This document shows positions 16,297-25,858 of a DNA stretch of 64,000 bases, piece by piece. The DNA comes from Kiritimatiellia bacterium (GTDB taxonomy: Bacteria; Verrucomicrobiota; Kiritimatiellia; RZYC01): positions 1,495 to 65,494 of the forward strand of contig JAQVYB010000002.1 in NCBI GenBank assembly GCA_028708815.1, read 5' to 3'. Position 1 is the first letter of the stretch, and each line of letters starts with the position of its first letter. A program made the translations under genes and the position numbers. The notes beneath the pieces were generated by a model. That model saw only the letters and a program-made list of their open reading frames with translations, ran no database searches and was not told the DNA's origin.

Positions 16297-17079
16297 ATGG
16301 AACGTTCATTATGGGCAGGTGTATCGGGGATGAGGGCACAGGAATTGGCGCTGGATACCATCGCCAATAATCTGGCCAACATCAATACCACCGGCTACAA
16401 ACCAAGCCGCATCTCCTTTGAGGACATGCTCTACTCTACGCTGATAACCCCCGGCGCCGAATCCGGCGATGCCCAGATTCCAAACGGCATACAGATTGGA
16501 CATGGCACCAAGGTGTCTGAAATCGCCAAAGTCTTCCGGCAGGGCTCGCTCAAGGAAACCGGACGCGACCTGGATTTCGCGGTCGAAGGGGAAGGGTTTT
16601 TTGAGGTTACGTTGCCCGATGGTACTGCTGCCTACACCCGCGACGGCAACTTCCGCAGCACCTCCACCGGCGAGGTGGTCACGGTGGACGGCTACCGCGT
16701 CACCGGGTTCGACAACATCCCCGAAGGAACCACCGAAGTCACCGTTGCACCCGATGGGTCCTTTACCGTGATTGTCAACGGGGATCCGGTCCAGCTGGCC
16801 CAGGTCACGCTCGTCCGTTTTCAAAATCCCGAAGGCCTGCGCAGCATCGGTCGAAATCTGTTTACGGAATCGGAAGGCAGTGGCGCCCCGCAGGCCGGCA
16901 TGATTCCCGGAGAGGAAGGCATGGGTACGATTGCTCATAAATATACCGAAGCCTCCGCCGTGAATGCCGCCGAGGAACTCGTGCACATGATCCTCTCGCA
17001 GCGCGCCTATGAAGCCAACTCGAAAACCATCAAAGCCGCCGATGAAATGGAAGGCATTGCCAATACCCTGAGGCGGTAA
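16297..17079 (+). CDS. flgG: flagellar distal rod protein FlgG
   Basis: SLWAGVSGMRAQELALDTIANNLANINTTGYK...LVHMILSQRAYEANSKTIKAADEM. Confidence 0.95.
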   Translation: MERSLWAGVSGMRAQELALDTIANNLANINTTGYKPSRISFEDMLYSTLITPGAESGDAQIPNGIQIGHGTKVSEIAKVFRQGSLKETGRDLDFAVEGEGFFEVTLPDGTAAYTRDGNFRSTSTGEVVTVDGYRVTGFDNIPEGTTEVTVAPDGSFTVIVNGDPVQLAQVTLVRFQNPEGLRSIGRNLFTESEGSGAPQAGMIPGEEGMGTIAHKYTEASAVNAAEELVHMILSQRAYEANSKTIKAADEMEGIANTLRR

Positions 17080-17097
17080 GTATTATTTAAAAGGAGC

Positions 17098-18069
17098 ATG
17101 GTGATGAAAAAATACGCCCGCACCCACGCCCGGAGACTGCTGCTGATTGCTTGCTGTCTCGCACTACCCGCCTTCGCCTGCGCCCAAAGACTGATGATCA
17201 AATCGGATGTGGTTTCAACCGGACCCGACATCCTCCTGCGGGATATGCTGATGGACCAGACCGGCATCCCGGAAGACTGGCTCGGGCGCAAGGTGTTCGA
17301 TGCCCCGCTCGACAACGAATCGGTGGTTTATCCTCTCTCCTCTGTGGCCTACGCCCTTCAGCAATATGCTGATATGAAATCGGCCAGCGTGAGCGGAAGC
17401 ATTAAAATCACCGTCAGCCGTTCCCAACGGCGCGTCACTCCGCGCGAAGTGACGGAGGCCGTAGAGCAACATTTGGGAATAAAGAACGGAAAATCCGATG
17501 AGTTCCTGCTGGAATTTGCGCCGATCCAGCGCAACATCTGGATACCGAGAGGTGAAACCGCTTTTCAGGTGACGCGCTCGCGCAAGGCCAGAAATTTCAA
17601 TCAATACGACACCTATCTGGTCGACATCTCTGTGGATGGCGCGCCGGTGTGTAACGTCCCGGTCCGGCTGAAAAAATATGAATTACACCAGGTTTGGGTG
17701 GCTGGACGGGCTCTGGATTGCGGGCAGCTTCTTCAGCCGGAAGATTTGCGCAGTGAACGGATGCCGGTGGAACAAAAAGGGGAAAAGCGCATTCCGGTGG
17801 ATGAAAGTATCACCGGCCAGGAAATGGACCGAGCCGTTAAGCAGGGAACGCCTATCTTGCGCAACTATGTGCGGACTCCCTTGTGTGCCAAAAAAGGCGA
17901 CTACGTCATGGTGACCGCCGGACAGGGCAGCCTGCAGATTTCTCTGCGTGCCAAGGCCCTCAGCACCGGGCGCCTCGGCGAGCGCATCCTTTGCATGAAC
18001 GAACGCTCCAAACGGCAGATTCTCGTGCAGCTCACCGGGATTCAAAAAGCCCGCGTCGCCCAACTCTAG
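17098..18069 (+). CDS. flgA: flagellar P-ring assembly chaperone FlgA
   Basis: Signal peptide, plus a C-terminal SAF-like domain: LRNYVRTPLCAKKGDYVMVTAGQGSLQISLRAKALSTGRLGERI. Confidence 0.75.
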   Translation: MVMKKYARTHARRLLLIACCLALPAFACAQRLMIKSDVVSTGPDILLRDMLMDQTGIPEDWLGRKVFDAPLDNESVVYPLSSVAYALQQYADMKSASVSGSIKITVSRSQRRVTPREVTEAVEQHLGIKNGKSDEFLLEFAPIQRNIWIPRGETAFQVTRSRKARNFNQYDTYLVDISVDGAPVCNVPVRLKKYELHQVWVAGRALDCGQLLQPEDLRSERMPVEQKGEKRIPVDESITGQEMDRAVKQGTPILRNYVRTPLCAKKGDYVMVTAGQGSLQISLRAKALSTGRLGERILCMNERSKRQILVQLTGIQKARVAQL

Positions 18070-18232
18070 CCATTCGTCGGACGGGCGGCGCATGGCTGCC
18101 CGAAGCCTTGGTCAACGATAAGGGGTGCGAACGACTTCATGCCTCCAAAATGGATTGCTTGATGCGAATATCTGCGGGGTTCTCCTGAAATCCGCGGTTG
18201 CCGTTTTGTGTTTGAGGTGATAGATTAACCCC

Positions 18233-19315
18233 ATGAAGTGTGGGTTTAAAGGCACAGGAACAAAACGTTGGCTGCATTATATAAATTGCTCCACGTGTTG
18301 TTTGCTGGTATGCGCGGCATGCGATTATTCCCTTCCCCCCAAAAAGGAATGGGCACCCCATACCAGATGCGCGTTGGATTTGCCGGACTTCACTCCCTCC
18401 GCAACGACAGGGCGTGTTCTGGTGTGTCACAGTTATCATCCGGGATATGCCTGGTGCCGGTTGATTAATCAGGGGCTTTCCAATGGATGGGAATCGGTGC
18501 CGCTGGAGGTTCGGTATCATTATATGGATACCAAGCGAAACCCGACGGAGGCCTGGAAGAAGCAGGCGGGAGAAAAGGCGAGAAAGATCGTTGATCAGTA
18601 TCAGCCCGATGTGTTGGTTTTGGCCGATGACGATGCACAACTATATGTGGGGTCGGCTTATGTGGATACGGAATTGCCCATTGTTTTCTGCGGAGTGAAT
18701 GACGATCCCGCAAAATACGGATACCCCGCCGATAACGTAACCGGATTCATTGAGCGTCCGCCGTTGATCGAGGCGCTGGCTTTTCTGCGTCGCTTCGGAT
18801 TGGTTAACCGACTGGCCTTTCTGAGCAATGACGACAACACGTCCCGTGGAGCGATGACCTATGCCAGGAATATATATATCGGGGAATCCATTGTGGAATG
18901 GCGGCTTGTCAGTACGTTTGACGCATGGAAGAAGGTGGTTGAGGAATACAATGCGACGATGGATGCGGTTTTGCTGTATACCTATCACACCCTGACCGAT
19001 GAGGCCGGACGGCACGTGACTCCCGAAGAGGTAATGAGATGGACCCGGGAGCATGTGAAAATTCCCCTGTTGACGTTTTTTGAATTTGGCGTGCCGGATG
19101 GTGCGCCGCTGGGCGTGGTGGAGTCCGGGGAGGAATTCGGAGAGCGTTCGGCCGATTATGTGTTGCGCATTCTTTCCGGCGTTTCCCCGGCTGATTTGCC
19201 GATATCGCGAAATACAAACTTTCGATATATGGTTAACACGACGGCGTTGAAACGGTTAAACATGGCGTGCCCGCCATCAGTCTGTTCCGAAGCGGAACAG
19301 GTCAGGGAGAACTAA
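18233..19315 (+). CDS. periplasmic solute-binding-like protein (ABC_sub_bind-type fold)
   Basis: VLVCHSYHPGYAW...DVLVLADDDAQLYV...PIVFCGVNDDPAKYGYP resembles ABC_sub_bind-type binding proteins. Its stop overlaps the kinase start (TAATG). Confidence 0.5.
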   Translation: MKCGFKGTGTKRWLHYINCSTCCLLVCAACDYSLPPKKEWAPHTRCALDLPDFTPSATTGRVLVCHSYHPGYAWCRLINQGLSNGWESVPLEVRYHYMDTKRNPTEAWKKQAGEKARKIVDQYQPDVLVLADDDAQLYVGSAYVDTELPIVFCGVNDDPAKYGYPADNVTGFIERPPLIEALAFLRRFGLVNRLAFLSNDDNTSRGAMTYARNIYIGESIVEWRLVSTFDAWKKVVEEYNATMDAVLLYTYHTLTDEAGRHVTPEEVMRWTREHVKIPLLTFFEFGVPDGAPLGVVESGEEFGERSADYVLRILSGVSPADLPISRNTNFRYMVNTTALKRLNMACPPSVCSEAEQVREN

Positions 19316-22300
19316 TGGCCCGAAAAATTTCCATTTATGTGCTGATCGTGGTGTTGCTGGCGAATTTATGCATGTCGCTGTTGATCGGCGTGAGTCTGCT
19401 CAGGAGCACGGTGGATTATGTGGATAACGAAGGATGCAAAGTGGCTCAGACCGGCGCACATCTGTTTGAATATGCCATAGATGCCTCCATTCGAAACGGG
19501 GTGTTTGACGAAGCGGATTATTTTGTGTCGGAAGAGAGGGGAAGTCCCGAAGAGATCCCCGAGAGAATACCGTATAAACTCTATCTGCAACGCAACCTGG
19601 AACGGAATATGGAGAGTCTCTGCCACAGCCTCCCTGTTTATTATGTCTACGGAGTGAATCGTGGCGGGGAAATGCTCCTTCATACCGAATCGGGTTTCTC
19701 GCTGAAGGATGCCGTCGCCCCCGAAGGGTGCGAGGAAACGCGTTCGCATTATGGAGACACCCGCATCACCCGTTGGCGGGCGGATAACGGCGTGGAATAC
19801 TACGATTACGAAGAGCCGGTGTACGTGCGCAACCGCCCTTGGGGAAGCTTCCATGCCGGGATACCCGTCAATTATATCGGAAGCCAGATCCACATGGAAG
19901 CGGTTCGACTGATCCTGTATTCACTGATGGTTGCCGCCCTTTGTGCGTGGCTGGTTTATCTCGCGGTGAAGCATTGGATGAGTCCGTTGCAGGCGTTAAT
20001 TTCGGATACCCAGGAGATGACGATGGGAAATCTGGACGTGATGTCGCCCTATGGAAAAAATCAAGATGAGTTAGGTGCGTTGGCACGTGCATTTAACGGC
20101 ATGGCCGCCACCATCCGCATTAGCGTGCAGACCCTGGAGGCCCAGGTCAGGGAGCGGACGGCGGGCCTCAATACGCTTATTGAAAGCAGCCCGGTCGGAT
20201 TGCTTGTGGTGAATGAAAAGGACGGGCGGGTTGTACGGGCGAACCAGGCCCTCGGGTCGTTGCTGAATGAATCGGTGGAAGCCATGACGGGGCGCACGCT
20301 GGATGAGCTGTTCGGCCAAAAAGAAGGGTGCAGCGCACTGGCTCAAGGTGACTTTTTGCAGGTAGTGAAGCTGAGCATTCCCGCCCGACAGGGGGATGTG
20401 TCGGTTGTGCTGGCCCGTCAGGTTCGTATTGTTATGGATGGCGCAACCTGCCGGCTTATTATTCTGCTGGATATTACCGACCAGGAAAAGGCCTGGCGTG
20501 CGGTGGAGGATAGTGAACATCGTTATCGCCAGCTCATCACTCAACTGAATACGGCGATTATTGTGTTCGATGCGGATCTGCGGGTGCAGATGATCAATCA
20601 AAGCGCCATGCGTCTACTGCGGTTTCGGCCGGAGGTGATGGGCCGGCACTGCGATGAACTGGACTGGGGTGATATGCCGTGCGGCAATGCCTCCCCCCCT
20701 AATGGCGGGCAGATTTCCGAGTTGGTGCGCGAGGTAAGCCGCGACGGCATGATGATATCCAACCGTTTGATTGAACGATGTGCGCAAGAGCGGGATGATG
20801 CCAGGCGTTACTGGGTCCTGGCCGGAGCGGTTCCACTGTATGATGAGCACGGAGAATCCTCGCAGCTTGTCCTTTCGCTGAATGATGTGAGTGAGTTGAA
20901 GCAGATTCAGGAGGAGTATCGGGCGCTCTCGGATAAACGGCGCGAGCTGGAATCGATCATTGAACACAGCGATATGAGTGTACTCCTGATTCAACTGAAT
21001 CCTGCCAGACTGGAATACGCCTCAGCCAATGTGAAGCAATATGGATTTTCGCCGGAGGATTTCGGCCAGAGCGCGGGGATGCTCTTGCGCATGGTGGCTC
21101 GCGAGGATCGTCCGATGATTCTGGAATTGATCAAGAAGCTGCGGGATGGGCATTGCGGGTTTGAGCGGCTCATTTTCCGTATTGAACCGCGCACGGGCCC
21201 GCAGCGCTGGGTTGAGGCGGGCGTGTGGGCCCGGGAGCGCGAAGGCATGGGGGTGACGCATGTTCAGGTGATCTTTACGAACATCACCGAGCGAAAAATG
21301 CTCGAGGAGGAGGTTTCGCGGGCCTACGCGGTCATTCAGAATTCACCGGATCCGATATTCTTCATCGATCCCTCGCGGCATGTGGCCTATGTGAACACGG
21401 CCTGCCGAAAAATGTTCTGCATTATCGAGGGGATCGTGGATGCCGAGGCGCTGCGTCCGGTACTCGAGCATGAGACGGTTGTCGGGGCGATTGAGCGGGT
21501 CGAAAAAGGAGGAGAGGGGGAGGGAGTCGAAGCAACAATTATGCTTGGAAAGGGGCGTTCATATACCGTCTATATTCGGGTGATTTCGCTTATAGGAGAA
21601 ACGGCGCAACAGAATGGTGTCGGAATTATCATTAATGACCTGACCAGTGAAAAAGAGGCGGAGAAGAGGCGCAAGGTGCTGGAGGCACAATATTTTCAAT
21701 CGCAGAAACTGGAGTCCATCGGTCAGCTTGCTGCGGGTATCGCGCATGAAATTAACACCCCCAGCCAGTTTGTGGGTGATAATCTCCGTTTCCTGCAGGA
21801 TGCGTTTAGAGACGTATCAAGGCTTTGTCTGGCGTATGAAGACTGTGTAAAAAAGCATGAGGACGTCTTGTCGGAAGCCCCCGAGTTGGAAGAGTTGACC
21901 CGGGAACTGGACGCGGAATACCTGCTGGAAGAATCGCCGAAGGCGATCAGTCAGTCACTCGACGGGATTCAGCGCATCTCCGATATCGTCCGTGCGATGA
22001 AAGAATTTTCACATCCGGGCAGCGGGGAAATGCAGCCGGTGGATTTAAACCGGGCCATTCAGAATACGGTGGCCGTAGCGCGAAATGAGTGGAAGTATCA
22101 TGCCGAGATGGTCCTGTCTTTGGATGAGAAACTGCCTCCGGTGCCTTGTCGCGTCGGGGAGTTCAATCAGGTGATGCTGAACCTGATTGTCAATTCAGCG
22201 CATGCCATCAAGGAAGTGGTGGGAATCGAGGGGTCCGGGAAGGGATCGATTGAAATCCATACGCACGTGGTGGATGGACTCTGGGCGGAAGTGACGGTAC

Positions 22301-22536
22301 GTGATACGGGAATGGGAATCCCGGAAGAGATCCAGGCCCGCGTCTTCGATCCTTTTTTCACGACGAAGGGCGTGGGTCTCGGCACGGGTCAGGGTCTGGC
22401 CATTGTATACGATGTGATTATGCATCGGCATCATGGCGAGGTGTTTTTCGAGAGCGAGTCCGGAAAGGGAACCACCTTTCACGTGCGGCTGCCGTTGATT
22501 CAGGCCAACCAGGATGACGAGGAACATCATGGATAA
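19315..22536 (+). CDS. sensor histidine kinase (TM-periplasmic domain-TM, HAMP, multiple PAS, HisKA, HATPase)
   Basis: N-terminal TM ISIYVLIVVLLANL. HAMP ELGALARAFNGMAATI. H-box AAGIAHEINTPSQFV. ATP lid DTGMGIPEEIQARVFDPFFTTKGVGLGTGQGLAIV. Confidence 0.9.
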   Translation: MARKISIYVLIVVLLANLCMSLLIGVSLLRSTVDYVDNEGCKVAQTGAHLFEYAIDASIRNGVFDEADYFVSEERGSPEEIPERIPYKLYLQRNLERNMESLCHSLPVYYVYGVNRGGEMLLHTESGFSLKDAVAPEGCEETRSHYGDTRITRWRADNGVEYYDYEEPVYVRNRPWGSFHAGIPVNYIGSQIHMEAVRLILYSLMVAALCAWLVYLAVKHWMSPLQALISDTQEMTMGNLDVMSPYGKNQDELGALARAFNGMAATIRISVQTLEAQVRERTAGLNTLIESSPVGLLVVNEKDGRVVRANQALGSLLNESVEAMTGRTLDELFGQKEGCSALAQGDFLQVVKLSIPARQGDVSVVLARQVRIVMDGATCRLIILLDITDQEKAWRAVEDSEHRYRQLITQLNTAIIVFDADLRVQMINQSAMRLLRFRPEVMGRHCDELDWGDMPCGNASPPNGGQISELVREVSRDGMMISNRLIERCAQERDDARRYWVLAGAVPLYDEHGESSQLVLSLNDVSELKQIQEEYRALSDKRRELESIIEHSDMSVLLIQLNPARLEYASANVKQYGFSPEDFGQSAGMLLRMVAREDRPMILELIKKLRDGHCGFERLIFRIEPRTGPQRWVEAGVWAREREGMGVTHVQVIFTNITERKMLEEEVSRAYAVIQNSPDPIFFIDPSRHVAYVNTACRKMFCIIEGIVDAEALRPVLEHETVVGAIERVEKGGEGEGVEATIMLGKGRSYTVYIRVISLIGETAQQNGVGIIINDLTSEKEAEKRRKVLEAQYFQSQKLESIGQLAAGIAHEINTPSQFVGDNLRFLQDAFRDVSRLCLAYEDCVKKHEDVLSEAPELEELTRELDAEYLLEESPKAISQSLDGIQRISDIVRAMKEFSHPGSGEMQPVDLNRAIQNTVAVARNEWKYHAEMVLSLDEKLPPVPCRVGEFNQVMLNLIVNSAHAIKEVVGIEGSGKGSIEIHTHVVDGLWAEVTVRDTGMGIPEEIQARVFDPFFTTKGVGLGTGQGLAIVYDVIMHRHHGEVFFESESGKGTTFHVRLPLIQANQDDEEHHG

Positions 22537-23716
22537 GCAGGTCGGCGAAAAAATCAGACTGCTGTTTGTGGATGATGACCCGAACATTCTGTCCGGTCTT
22601 CGCAGAATGCTCCGGCCGTGGCGCCAGGAGTGGGTGGTGGACTTCTCCAATAACGGCTACGAGGCGCTCGAACGGATGGACCAGACAGAATTCGACGTGT
22701 TGATTACGGATATGCGCATGCCGGGCATGGATGGCGCCAACCTGCTTCAGGAGGTGTCTCAGCGCTACCCGCATGTCGTCCGCCTTGTTCTTTCGGGGCA
22801 GTCGGATCGAGCAACGATTCTGCGTGCTGTTGGCGCGGCCCACCAGTTTATTTCAAAGCCGTGTGAGGTGGACTATCTGCGGCGGGTGGTCAATCGCACG
22901 ATGATTCGGCGTCGGGTGGTCGCCAATGAAGCTGTCAGAAACCGTATCGCGCAGATTAAATCCATTCCAAGCCCCCTGGAGACCTGCCAGAACCTGTGTG
23001 GTTGCCTGGAAGAGGAGGCGCCGGAGATAAATACCGTGGCCGGGATCGTGGCGGATGACGTGGCGCTGACGGCGAAGGTGTTTCAGTTAATCAACTCCGA
23101 TCTGTTCGGTCGGGTGAAAAATCTTCAAACGGTTGAGCAGTCCGTAAATCTTTTGGGTCTGGAGGTGCTTGGCGCCATGATGGAGACGTCGGACCTGTTT
23201 ACGGTGTATGATCCCCCGCAGGAGGGTATCCCTTTCCCGGTGGAGATGCTGGAGGAGAACAGCCGGGCGATGGCGCGTGGCGCGTGGCGCGTGGCGGAAG
23301 CGGCGGGTGTGGCGCGCGAGATGCGTATCAAGGTGTGGCTGGCGGGTATGTTGCAGGATATCGGTCAGCTGATCCTGCTTTCCTGTATGCCGGAGGCTTA
23401 CCCGAAACTGCTGCAGAAGCATTCGGTAAAAGGAGCGATGCTTTGTGCAGAGGAAAAGGCGGCTTTTGGGGTGTCGCATACGGAGGCAGGCGCCTACCTG
23501 TTGAGCCTGTGGGGCTATTCCGAAAGTATTGTCGAAGCGGTGGAGTATTGCCATTCGCCTGCCCGGGCTACGGCAAAAGATCAACCCGCACTCGCCGCCG
23601 TGCACCTGGCCCATGCCGTTCTGTGCCGCCGGCAGGGATTTTCGGCGGAGGTGGATGCCGAATTTCTGGAAAGGCAGGGCCTGCAATCCGATCTGGAACG
23701 ATGGCTGAATGAGTAG
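22529..23716 (+). CDS. response regulator, REC + HDOD domain
   Basis: REC: IRLLFVDDD...DVLITDMRMPGMDG. HDOD: IKSIPSPLETCQNL...VAGIVADDVALTAKVFQLINSDLFG...VEQSVNLLGLE. The start overlaps the kinase stop by 8 nt. Confidence 0.85.
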   Translation: MDKQVGEKIRLLFVDDDPNILSGLRRMLRPWRQEWVVDFSNNGYEALERMDQTEFDVLITDMRMPGMDGANLLQEVSQRYPHVVRLVLSGQSDRATILRAVGAAHQFISKPCEVDYLRRVVNRTMIRRRVVANEAVRNRIAQIKSIPSPLETCQNLCGCLEEEAPEINTVAGIVADDVALTAKVFQLINSDLFGRVKNLQTVEQSVNLLGLEVLGAMMETSDLFTVYDPPQEGIPFPVEMLEENSRAMARGAWRVAEAAGVAREMRIKVWLAGMLQDIGQLILLSCMPEAYPKLLQKHSVKGAMLCAEEKAAFGVSHTEAGAYLLSLWGYSESIVEAVEYCHSPARATAKDQPALAAVHLAHAVLCRRQGFSAEVDAEFLERQGLQSDLERWLNE

Positions 23717-23742
23717 CAGAACTGATCAATGAGGTGGAACAC

Positions 23743-24885
23743 ATGGAGCAGAATAAAAAAATACTGTTTGTCGATGATGATGAAAATGTGTTGGATGCCA
23801 TGAAGCGTAATCTGCGGCGGGCCTTTGATGTGCATACGGCCGCCGGCGGCGAGGCGGGCCTGCGCGTGATTCAGGAGAGCGGCCCCTTCGCGGTCGTTGT
23901 CTCGGACATGAGTATGCCGGGGATGGATGGCGCAGCGTTTTTGGCGAAGGTCTGCGAGCTGGCGCCGGATACGGTGCGCATCATGCTGACCGGTCAGGCT
24001 GATTTGCATAATGCCATGGCCGCTGTGAACGAGGGGAATATCTTTCGTTTTGTGACCAAGCCGGCGGACCCTAAAATCATGGCGCGGGCGATGAAGGCCG
24101 CATTTGATCAGTATCAACTGATCACGGCGGAGCGCAATCTGCTGGAGGAGACGCTGAATGCAAGCGTCCAGGTGTTGGTCGATATGCTTTCGATTACGAA
24201 CCCGGCGGCTTTCAGCCAGACGATGCGGGTGAAAGATTTGACCATGCGTCTGGCGGAACGGTTGGAGCTGAAGGATCGCTGGCAACTTGAGCTGGCGGCG
24301 CTGCTTTCTCAGTTGGGGGCGGTGACGGTGCCGGTTGAGACGATGAGCCGTTATCTTTCCGGGTCCCGGCTTTCGGAGCATGAACAGAAAATGATTGAGG
24401 AGCATCCGGCGGTCGCCGGGCGGTTAATCGCGAGCATCCCGCGACTGGAGGATGTGGCACGCATCGTGAAACATCAGCAACGCGCAGCCGGCCCCGTGGA
24501 ATATACGGCGGAGCTGGACAAAAACGACCTGGTTAAATGCGGGGCCCACGTGCTGCGCGCCGCGATTGATTTTGACATGCTGATGGCACAGGGTATGAGT
24601 CGGGCCCAGGCCATGATGAGCATGCAGACCCGACAGGATACCTATCATCCGCGCGTGCTGACGGCTTTGGGACATGTCGATATTCAGGAACGAAAAGATG
24701 CCGTAAAGGTGGTTCGCGTACCCGAATTATGCAACGGCATGGTGTTGGCCGAGGATGTCAAGTCGCGGAATGGCGTATTGATTGTGACCCGTGGGCAGAA
24801 GGTGACCGATACGCTGCGCCGCTGTCTGGAAAATAATTACATACAGAGCAATATTCCCGATATGATTCGGGTGTGCAGCACCTGA
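23743..24885 (+). CDS. response regulator, REC + degenerate HD-GYP-like domain
   Basis: REC: KILFVDDDENV...VVVSDMSMPGMDG. The output domain aligns with HD-GYP, but HD is replaced (LLSQLG) and the HHExxDGxGYP block is lost (KHQQRAAGPVEY). Confidence 0.75.
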   Translation: MEQNKKILFVDDDENVLDAMKRNLRRAFDVHTAAGGEAGLRVIQESGPFAVVVSDMSMPGMDGAAFLAKVCELAPDTVRIMLTGQADLHNAMAAVNEGNIFRFVTKPADPKIMARAMKAAFDQYQLITAERNLLEETLNASVQVLVDMLSITNPAAFSQTMRVKDLTMRLAERLELKDRWQLELAALLSQLGAVTVPVETMSRYLSGSRLSEHEQKMIEEHPAVAGRLIASIPRLEDVARIVKHQQRAAGPVEYTAELDKNDLVKCGAHVLRAAIDFDMLMAQGMSRAQAMMSMQTRQDTYHPRVLTALGHVDIQERKDAVKVVRVPELCNGMVLAEDVKSRNGVLIVTRGQKVTDTLRRCLENNYIQSNIPDMIRVCST

Positions 24886-24893
24886 GGAGCACG

Positions 24894-25631
24894 ATGCATG
24901 ACCGGAAACACTTAGAACAGGTGTCCGCCCTGATTGTGGATGATGACGAGCTGTTTCGCAACGGAGTGAAGCGGGTCATGCGAAGTATGCGCGGCGTATC
25001 GTTTTCGAGCGTGGAGGAGGCGTCCACCGGTGCGGAGGGGTTACTCGTATTTGAGCGGCATCCCGCCCAGGTGATTTTGCTGGATTATCAGATGCCCGGG
25101 GGAACGGGGACAAGCTGGTTGGATAAATTCCGGGCATTGGATGAAGATGTGGCTGTGATTATGGTCACCGGGCGCGGGGATGAAGCCATTGCCGTGGAGG
25201 CCATGCGAAGCGGTGCATCCGATTATCTGGTAAAAGGCTCCTTTACCGGCGAACGCCTGACGCAGGCGATTATCGCTGCGCTGGATCGGCGGCAGATGAG
25301 GCAGGCGCTGGATCAGCAGGGGCGTGTTTTGATTGAAGCCGAGCGGCAACGGGTGATGCTGGAGAGTCTCGGGGCGGCCTGTCACCATATGGGTCAGCCC
25401 GCCACCATCATGATGGCATATCTTGAGCTGCTGAAAGAAGGCGAAACCGATCCGGAACGCCGGCAGATGATTAACCAGTGTATCGACTCAGCAAACCGTA
25501 TGGCGGAAATCCTGCATAAACTGCAAACGGTGACGGAATACCGAACCGTGCCCTATGTCAAGGGGGGAGCGGGTGAGGTCAGCATTTTGGATATCGGCCC
25601 CTTTCCGTCGCCCCACATCCATTCGGATTGA
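24894..25631 (+). CDS. response regulator, REC + HisKA-like dimerisation (DHp) domain without ATPase
   Basis: REC: ALIVDDDELF...VILLDYQMPGGTG...DYLVKG. A coiled segment and an H-box-like ACHHMGQPATIMMAYLELL follow. No G1/G2 boxes. Confidence 0.7.
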   Translation: MHDRKHLEQVSALIVDDDELFRNGVKRVMRSMRGVSFSSVEEASTGAEGLLVFERHPAQVILLDYQMPGGTGTSWLDKFRALDEDVAVIMVTGRGDEAIAVEAMRSGASDYLVKGSFTGERLTQAIIAALDRRQMRQALDQQGRVLIEAERQRVMLESLGAACHHMGQPATIMMAYLELLKEGETDPERRQMINQCIDSANRMAEILHKLQTVTEYRTVPYVKGGAGEVSILDIGPFPSPHIHSD

Positions 25632-25858
25632 ATGCACGTGGAGGAGGGCGAGCGACCACACGAGTCTTCCTGCTCAATGTTTGGGCTGCGATCTCCCCGC
25701 CGTTTCGGGGTTCATTGTCTCCGGGTGTTTCTTCCGAGCGGATGCGGCAAATAGATGTTTGCATAAGGTCATTCGTCTTGACGTTCATGAGTGGATTACA
25801 CCCGTTATCATGGACGGGATCTACGGGCGGCAATCTGTATCCTGCGTTTGACAGGTTG

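Noticed and set aside
18478-18495. TTCCAATGGATGGGAA, a near-match to the palindrome inside the binding-protein gene. A half-site CCAATCGTT lies at 28742-28750.
   Set aside because: The spacer is wrong (2 nt) with a mismatch in the right arm. The location is internal to a coding region. Only one arm is present at 28742. These are probably chance matches.
18728-18735. Perfect GCCGATAA sigma28 -10 octamer inside the binding-protein gene. Similar GCCGATAT octamers occur near 39525 and 53925.
   Set aside because: They lie inside coding regions. No TAAA-like -35 sits at the required 15-nt spacing (CAAA at 13 nt only), and no downstream gene start exists.
23272-23297. Heptanucleotide repeat (GGCGCGT)x3 plus a partial unit in the REC-HDOD gene.
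   Set aside because: Only three full units. They encode a plausible ARGAWRVAEA helix. That is too short to argue for slipped-strand switching without population data.
25632-25858. Terminator or ncRNA in the convergent gap between the third response regulator and the TolC-like gene.
   Set aside because: Only a 5-bp CCCCG/CGGGG stem without a U-tract. Nothing is structured enough to call.
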